Of a DNA stretch of 20,000 nucleotides, positions 15,837 to 20,000 are shown piece after piece. Both the position numbers and the translations under genes were made by a program. Source of the stretch: an uncultured virus (IMG/VR IMGVR_UViG_3300021091_000050) (Duplodnaviria > Heunggongvirae > Uroviricota > Caudoviricetes). The stretch lies in the IMG/VR virus record IMGVR_UViG_3300021091_000050; one strand, given 5' to 3'. Each line of letters starts with the position of its first letter. Within the stretch, counting starts at the first letter, position 1. The notes below the pieces were generated by a model, which saw only the letters and a list, made by a program, of their open reading frames with translations, made no database searches and was not told where the DNA came from.

Positions 15837-17440
15837 TATTTCCTCCTGCTTCCTCCACCAGATGTGCTGGTCGAAGAAGTTGAAATGTTGACAGTAGAAA
15901 GAGCAGCGGCTGCTGCGACAATTACCCGTCTTGTTCCGACATTTACGGCTGAGCCTGTTGGTACATATTCATCGAATGCATCACTTCCATAAATATCAAT
16001 TTCTTTTTCAAATGCTTCCTTAACTTTGTCAGATGCTTGAGAAAGATTTAAGGCAATTTCTTTTAATTCTATTTTACTAAATTCATCAAAGTTAATTTCT
16101 GCGAATACTTCTTGGATCTCAGATCCGCTTAATTCATCAATTGCTGTATTGTCAATAATACTAACTAACTCACTAGAGTTAATTGTACTTAAATCTACGT
16201 TATTAATAACATTTTTTAGTTCCTCTGGGGTGCTGGCTTCCGCTATAACATTTTCTATAGGCTTAGAGGGTTGAATTGTCGTTGTCGTATTTATAAAAGC
16301 CACAGAGGTCGTTGTCGCGGGAATGGTGGTGCTTGTCGTGGTCGTTGTTGGCTCTGGAATCGTCGTTCTGGCAACCGAAGTTGTCGTTCTTGGGGTTGGT
16401 GCCAAAGTTGTAGAAGTTGTTGTCGTTGTTAATTGAGTTGTTGTAGTTTCAGGTATAATTGTAGTATTAGGTAATTCAGATGTTGTCGTGGATTCAGGAA
16501 CAGTTGTTGGAAATATTGTCGTTTCCACTATAAGCTGTGTGGTTGTCGTAGTTAATACTTCTGTTGTGGTGGTAATAGGCTGCTGAGTTGTTGTTGTGGG
16601 TGGCAACGTAGTAGTTGTCGTAGTTGTAGTAGTAGTTGTCGTAGTCGTGGGTGGAGTAGGGTCAATCACCACAGCATTAACAGTTGTCTGGGGGCCGTAC
16701 ATACAAGACCCAGCACCCTCTCCGACACATGGGGCTGTCCCTGCTTGAATCTTAAATCTAACTGGTCCGTATCCAGTTGTTCCAGGCCACATCCACGGAC
16801 CGAGACTATATGAAGTGTTCACGGCATATGTCCACACTCCCCAACCACCAGTTTCCACCCCATCAACGAGGTCATAAAACAAAATGTTGTACATATATGG
16901 GGCAGTGTTGCTCGGCGTTGGGGCATCCCAGTCCAAAACAACATTCCCATCGTTGTCTGCTACCGCTGTTAGATTTTGAACAGAGTTAAAGTATGGTGCT
17001 ATCGTTGTAGTTGTAGTACTTGTGGTTGTTGTAGTTGATGTTGTCGTTGTTGAACCCGTTGAAATACTTGTGGGCACAACATTTGTTTCCACAACATAAC
17101 TCCCGCCTTGCCAAGCATTTGGATTTCCACAACAAATACCTGTTCGTAAACGATAATTTCCTGGTTGTAAATTTATTTCAATAAATGAGTCGAGTCCAAA
17201 CCAATCGTCATTGGCTGCAATTTGTTGGTTTTGAGAATTATATAACCACAACATTGAGTCAATGCCATATTGTTGAGCATATGTTCGTACAGTCAATTGT
17301 TGTAACTGTGTTATTCCAAAATATAAATCGGAAGCGCCAGTGACCGTATAGACATCAGCTTTTGCGGGTGATGCAAAAAAAGAAAGAAACAGAGCAGGTA
17401 ATATTATCCAAAAACCTTTTCTTAATTTTATTTTTCTCAA
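15836..17440 (-). CDS. Secreted/surface mucin-like Thr-rich protein with PPC-like and FN3-like domains, 534 aa
   Basis: TTG start behind GGTGA. Domain order: Sec signal peptide (MRKIKLRK-hydrophobic-SPAKA|D); PPC-like motif (DSMLWLYNS...IAANDD...DSFIEINLQPGNYRL); FN3-like motif (VQNLTAVA...VVLDWDAP...Y); ~130-aa Thr/Pro stalk; acidic helical region; weakly hydrophobic C-terminus ending SRRK. Confidence 0.8.
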   Translation of the reverse strand: MRKIKLRKGFWIILPALFLSFFASPAKADVYTVTGASDLYFGITQLQQLTVRTYAQQYGIDSMLWLYNSQNQQIAANDDWFGLDSFIEINLQPGNYRLRTGICCGNPNAWQGGSYVVETNVVPTSISTGSTTTTSTTTTTSTTTTTIAPYFNSVQNLTAVADNDGNVVLDWDAPTPSNTAPYMYNILFYDLVDGVETGGWGVWTYAVNTSYSLGPWMWPGTTGYGPVRFKIQAGTAPCVGEGAGSCMYGPQTTVNAVVIDPTPPTTTTTTTTTTTTTTLPPTTTTQQPITTTTEVLTTTTTQLIVETTIFPTTVPESTTTSELPNTTIIPETTTTQLTTTTTSTTLAPTPRTTTSVARTTIPEPTTTTTSTTIPATTTSVAFINTTTTIQPSKPIENVIAEASTPEELKNVINNVDLSTINSSELVSIIDNTAIDELSGSEIQEVFAEINFDEFSKIELKEIALNLSQASDKVKEAFEKEIDIYGSDAFDEYVPTGSAVNVGTRRVIVAAAAALSTVNISTSSTSTSGGGSRRK

Positions 17441-17525
17441 TTAAATCACCAACATATTGTAGATGATAATTGGTTTTAAAGATTAAGTTTTGTGTTGTTG
17501 TAGGTGCTAGTGCAAACCGAAATGG

Positions 17526-18131
17526 TCATGTAGGACCGATGTCCATCACTGTTATCTGATGCGGCAACGAGTTGGTTCCGACAATGCCGTCAGGGTCAGT
17601 GTTCAACCCGCCGCTTGCCCCGCACTTCCATTTCAACGTCAGGCTTTTTGATGCGGCAGTGCTTGTCACGCCAAAGTCGGAAGCCAAACAGTAGACAGAA
17701 CCTTGGAACATTTTGCAGTGGTACTGGGTGATGGCTCGGGTGTCATAGTCAAGGGTGCGTTTCCCAAGTGTTGTTTCCTCAACCCATAGAGCATTTGATG
17801 TTGCTGCCGTGCCGGTCACCTGGACGCCGATGCGACCAAAAATCATGTAACGGCGTGAAGGCTGGACCGTGAACGACAAGGTGAACACAGTCAAGGTTGT
17901 CGCTGCGGAAAACGCTGTCGTTGCGTATGACCCGTCGTGGCCTACCACTCCACGGGGCGTAGTCCACGAGTCAAGCGACTGGCTGAGGTAGTCCCATGCT
18001 GACCCATCCCACACACGCAAAAACCCCGTATCCGTCTCGTAGATAATCTGCCCCGTAAACGGGTTGCTTGGCCTCGTAGACGACGTGCAGACCCCTGGTC
18101 TTAGTCCCCTATTTGCGCTAGACACACTCAT
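17526..18131 (-). CDS. Fibre/receptor-binding-like virion protein, 201 aa
   Basis: N-terminal module PGVCTSSTRP...GQIIYETDT...VWDGSAW followed by a beta-rich head domain. Confidence 0.7.
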   Translation of the reverse strand: MSVSSANRGLRPGVCTSSTRPSNPFTGQIIYETDTGFLRVWDGSAWDYLSQSLDSWTTPRGVVGHDGSYATTAFSAATTLTVFTLSFTVQPSRRYMIFGRIGVQVTGTAATSNALWVEETTLGKRTLDYDTRAITQYHCKMFQGSVYCLASDFGVTSTAASKSLTLKWKCGASGGLNTDPDGIVGTNSLPHQITVMDIGPT

Positions 18132-18778
18132 GCTGACTCCTAATTCCTGTAACCGTACACACGGGCCGTCCCAGTAAATGACCCACTTGGGGCAAGCAAA
18201 ATCACGCCATCATAAGAACCGCCGCTGTAATGCATAAAACCACCAGTTGTGTATTGCAACCCGCTGTTGGTCAAATGACCGCAGCCGATGAACGAACCAG
18301 TTGTCGCTCTTGAATCAAATGGGGCAATGACTTCTATTGAAGTTTCAGCAATACCACCAGCGCCACCGCTCACACCAACAATCGCACTTCCTACACCTTG
18401 GTTACCTGTACCGATGTTGTCGTTAAATTGAGTACCTGCGGACAAATACGAGAATGCCCCAACGGAACTGTACGCAGAAGGAGCAACGGTCGTACCTGAA
18501 AGCATTTGCATACGAATGTAGCCAGACTGGACAGATGTAAAATCAACAACAATTTTGTAATTCAAAAATGTGCTTGAAAAACAACTTGTTAGGTTTGTTG
18601 ACCCTCCGCTGAGGGTGTAATTGTTGATGTACACCAACCCGACAGGGTTGGCAGTTCCCGTTGAGAGGTACACCCACGCCGATCCGTTCCAGACCAACGC
18701 CTTGTCGGTGTCGGTCTCGTAGATGACCTGCCCATCAAACGGGCTGGCAGGCCGTGTGGACGAGGTGCAGACCCCAGG
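17982..18778 (-). repeat. Diverged direct repeat: paralogous 39-codon N-terminal modules at 17982-18098 and 18662-18778
   Basis: 29/39 identical residues by manual alignment (PGVCTSSTRPSNPFTGQIIYETDTGFLRVWDGSAWDYLS vs PGVCTSSTRPASPFDGQVIYETDTDKALVWNGSAWVYLS), with many third-position differences. Confidence 0.9.
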
Positions 18779-18820
18779 TTTGGCGATAGCGGACGGAGCG
18801 GAGAACGAACTAATCGGCAT
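18140..18820 (-). CDS. Fibre/receptor-binding-like virion protein, 226 aa
   Basis: Same N-terminal module as 17526..18131 but a different beta-sandwich C-terminus (GLVYIN...CFSSTFLNYKIV...YDGVIL...FTGTARVYGY). Confidence 0.7.
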   Translation of the reverse strand: MPISSFSAPSAIAKPGVCTSSTRPASPFDGQVIYETDTDKALVWNGSAWVYLSTGTANPVGLVYINNYTLSGGSTNLTSCFSSTFLNYKIVVDFTSVQSGYIRMQMLSGTTVAPSAYSSVGAFSYLSAGTQFNDNIGTGNQGVGSAIVGVSGGAGGIAETSIEVIAPFDSRATTGSFIGCGHLTNSGLQYTTGGFMHYSGGSYDGVILLAPSGSFTGTARVYGYRN

Positions 18821-18965
18821 CAGTGGCCTCCCACGGTTCGGGTGTATTGCCTTCAGCGAGCCATGCTAGGTACTGCTGATAGAAACGGTGAGTGGCGTCA
18901 AAAGTCCAATAAACATCACCATCAAAATAAATATATTCCATGTTGTTAAGTGTGTAATAAATCAT
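18810..18965 (-). CDS. Small fibre-associated (chaperone-like) protein, 51 aa (not in the ORF track)
   Basis: MIYYTLNNMEYIYFDGDVYWTFDATHRFYQQYLAWLAEGNTPEPWEATDAD*; ATGA-coupled to the upstream fibre gene. YxxYLAWLAEGNTP is a motif I recognise from small genes that follow fibres ending in ELALCQRYY-type domains. Confidence 0.8.
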   Translation of the reverse strand: MIYYTLNNMEYIYFDGDVYWTFDATHRFYQQYLAWLAEGNTPEPWEATDAD

Positions 18966-20000
18966 AGTTCAGCATCCATCGTGAAAAAAGCAGTTGCTGT
19001 ACCGTTTGATAGCAACATTGCGCTTTGACCAGCGGTACCAGCACACGCAATTTGAAAACGTATGGACTGGGCTGTTCTATGGTTAATCGATGCCAGTGCG
19101 TTCACTGCACCAAAACCAGTTGCCGCGTCAATATAAAAAGTGTTAACTCCAGAAGTCGCTACTGCTGGAGTACTTCGCATGTCCACACGTAGCGGGAAGC
19201 CAGTACCCAAGACAGAACCAGTCAACCAACCGCTGGCAAAATACATATATTGACCAGAATCTGATGCTGTTGTACCTACTCGCTGGTAGTACCGCTGGCA
19301 GAGTGCTAGTTCGGCACCGATGGGGCGTTGCTCAAACGGGGTCGGCTGATAGTTCTGCTCCAACTGGACACCCCAAATGTCAAACGTAAACGTCGTGTTG
19401 ATGGGCAAGAACAAACGAATCGACGTAAACGAACTGTTGGTATTCGTGCCAATGACCTTGCCAGCGGCAGACGGAACTTGGAACGTAAACAAGAACCTCT
19501 GCCACGAGGTTGTAACCGCCAAGTTGGATGTAACGGTCGTGTTCACGTTTGCGGATGGCGAGCCACCACTACCGAAATGCTGTTCGATGTCAATGGCTGG
19601 CATCGTCAAGTTGGATGCAGCCTTAGCATAGAACGAGAGCGTTACGGTCTGGCCCGCAATTAGACGCACGTTCTCTATACGGTTGGCGTACAAGACGTTG
19701 TATGTCGCACCTGAGCCAGCAACGGATTGCGCCCACCGCAAGAAGTACGTCGGGGATTGCCCAGTTGGTGGCGTAGCGGTGACAGTTGCACTACTCGGGT
19801 ACGGGTCAAACTGGCCTTGACTGATTGTGCGTGTCGCTCCAGCACCGTCATATAAAACAAAGAATCTGTCTGCTGTGAATTCGTGTGAGGCAGGGTTGCT
19901 GAACGATGTGCCTCGTTGCCATATGTCTAAGCCGCCGTTGATGACCAGATTGCGAAACCCGAGGCCAGCAGGCAGCAACGCAGACGAACCTAAAGCAGAT
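18962..20000 (-). CDS. Tail fibre-like protein with a carbohydrate-binding-type (galactose-binding-like) domain; 5' end outside the window
   Basis: The frame stays open to the edge (SALGSSALLPAGLGF...), so TTG 19978 is probably not the start. Motifs: RNLVINGGLDIWQRG, GQTVTLSFYAK, TTSWQRF, GVQLE...TPFEQRPIGAELALCQRYY. Confidence 0.8.
   Translation of the reverse strand, partial: SALGSSALLPAGLGFRNLVINGGLDIWQRGTSFSNPASHEFTADRFFVLYDGAGATRTISQGQFDPYPSSATVTATPPTGQSPTYFLRWAQSVAGSGATYNVLYANRIENVRLIAGQTVTLSFYAKAASNLTMPAIDIEQHFGSGGSPSANVNTTVTSNLAVTTSWQRFLFTFQVPSAAGKVIGTNTNSSFTSIRLFLPINTTFTFDIWGVQLEQNYQPTPFEQRPIGAELALCQRYYQRVGTTASDSGQYMYFASGWLTGSVLGTGFPLRVDMRSTPAVATSGVNTFYIDAATGFGAVNALASINHRTAQSIRFQIACAGTAGQSAMLLSNGTATAFFTMDAEL

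Larger units (their letters stand above)
1..20000 (-). mobile_element. Tailed dsDNA phage (siphovirus-like) structural and lysis region; free phage or prophage cannot be told apart here
   Basis: Co-oriented, tightly packed genes with ATGA/TAATG overlaps; neck - tail tube - chaperone pair - tape measure synteny; endolysin and holin-like genes; no host housekeeping genes; no sheath-sized gene beside the tube. Confidence 0.95.

Noticed and set aside
15860..15970. YVPTGS as a sortase LPxTG signal
   Set aside because: The motif is one residue short, and the following hydrophobic stretch is short, separated from it by RR, and not of canonical sorting-signal form.
16290..16650. GTT/GTC/GTA-rich repeats as a CRISPR array or non-coding satellite
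   Set aside because: These are degenerate Thr codons within an open frame, with no constant repeat-spacer structure.
17441..17455. Mini-ORF ATG TTG GTG ATT TAA directly upstream of the TTG start at 17440
   Set aside because: It is only four codons, abuts a TACAAT -10-like hexamer so is probably not fully transcribed, and overlaps the likely GGTGA RBS; there is no evidence of function.
17982..18778. The repeat pair as a diversity-generating retroelement TR/VR or an invertible shufflon
   Set aside because: Both copies are coding N-termini in direct orientation, the differences are not adenine-specific, and no reverse transcriptase or invertase is present in the window.
9482..19860. Plus-strand ORFs (e.g. 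9482..9922, 13243..13431, 15020..15244, 19328..19663) and nested off-frame minus ORFs (10011..10208, 10491..10739, 14471..14677, 17779..17967, 19675..19860)
   Set aside because: All overlap better-supported minus-strand genes that have RBSs or coupled starts and phage-like motifs.
1..20000. Stop-codon reassignment, tRNA genes, introns or inteins
   Set aside because: TAA, TGA and TAG all end genes at sensible boundaries, intergenic gaps are too short for structured RNAs, and I saw no intein or homing-endonuclease motifs in the long ORF.

Overview
The whole window is the virion-morphogenesis and lysis region of a long-tailed (siphovirus-like) dsDNA phage, with every real gene on the minus strand. 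In transcription order (right to left) it holds: a higher-GC cassette of fibre/receptor-binding-like genes (17526->20000); a secreted mucin-like Thr-rich protein (signal peptide, PPC-like and FN3-like domains) coupled to a 2-TM peptide; a holin-like gene; a Zn-peptidase (M15/DD-peptidase fold) endolysin; an unannotated 33-aa, 9-Cys metallothionein-like peptide coupled to the endolysin; four adaptor/fibre-like genes; head-tail connector/neck genes; the major tail tube; a tail assembly chaperone pair joined by a predicted -1 frameshift with a 21-bp stimulatory hairpin; and a tape measure ORF of more than 3,050 codons that runs off the left edge. Five CDSs are missing from the supplied ORF track: the TMP, the frameshifted chaperone, the Cys-rich peptide, the 58-aa 2-TM protein and a 51-aa protein. 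Near-leaderless -10 promoters hint at an actinobacterial host (inference only). All product calls rest on motif recognition and synteny, not on database searches.
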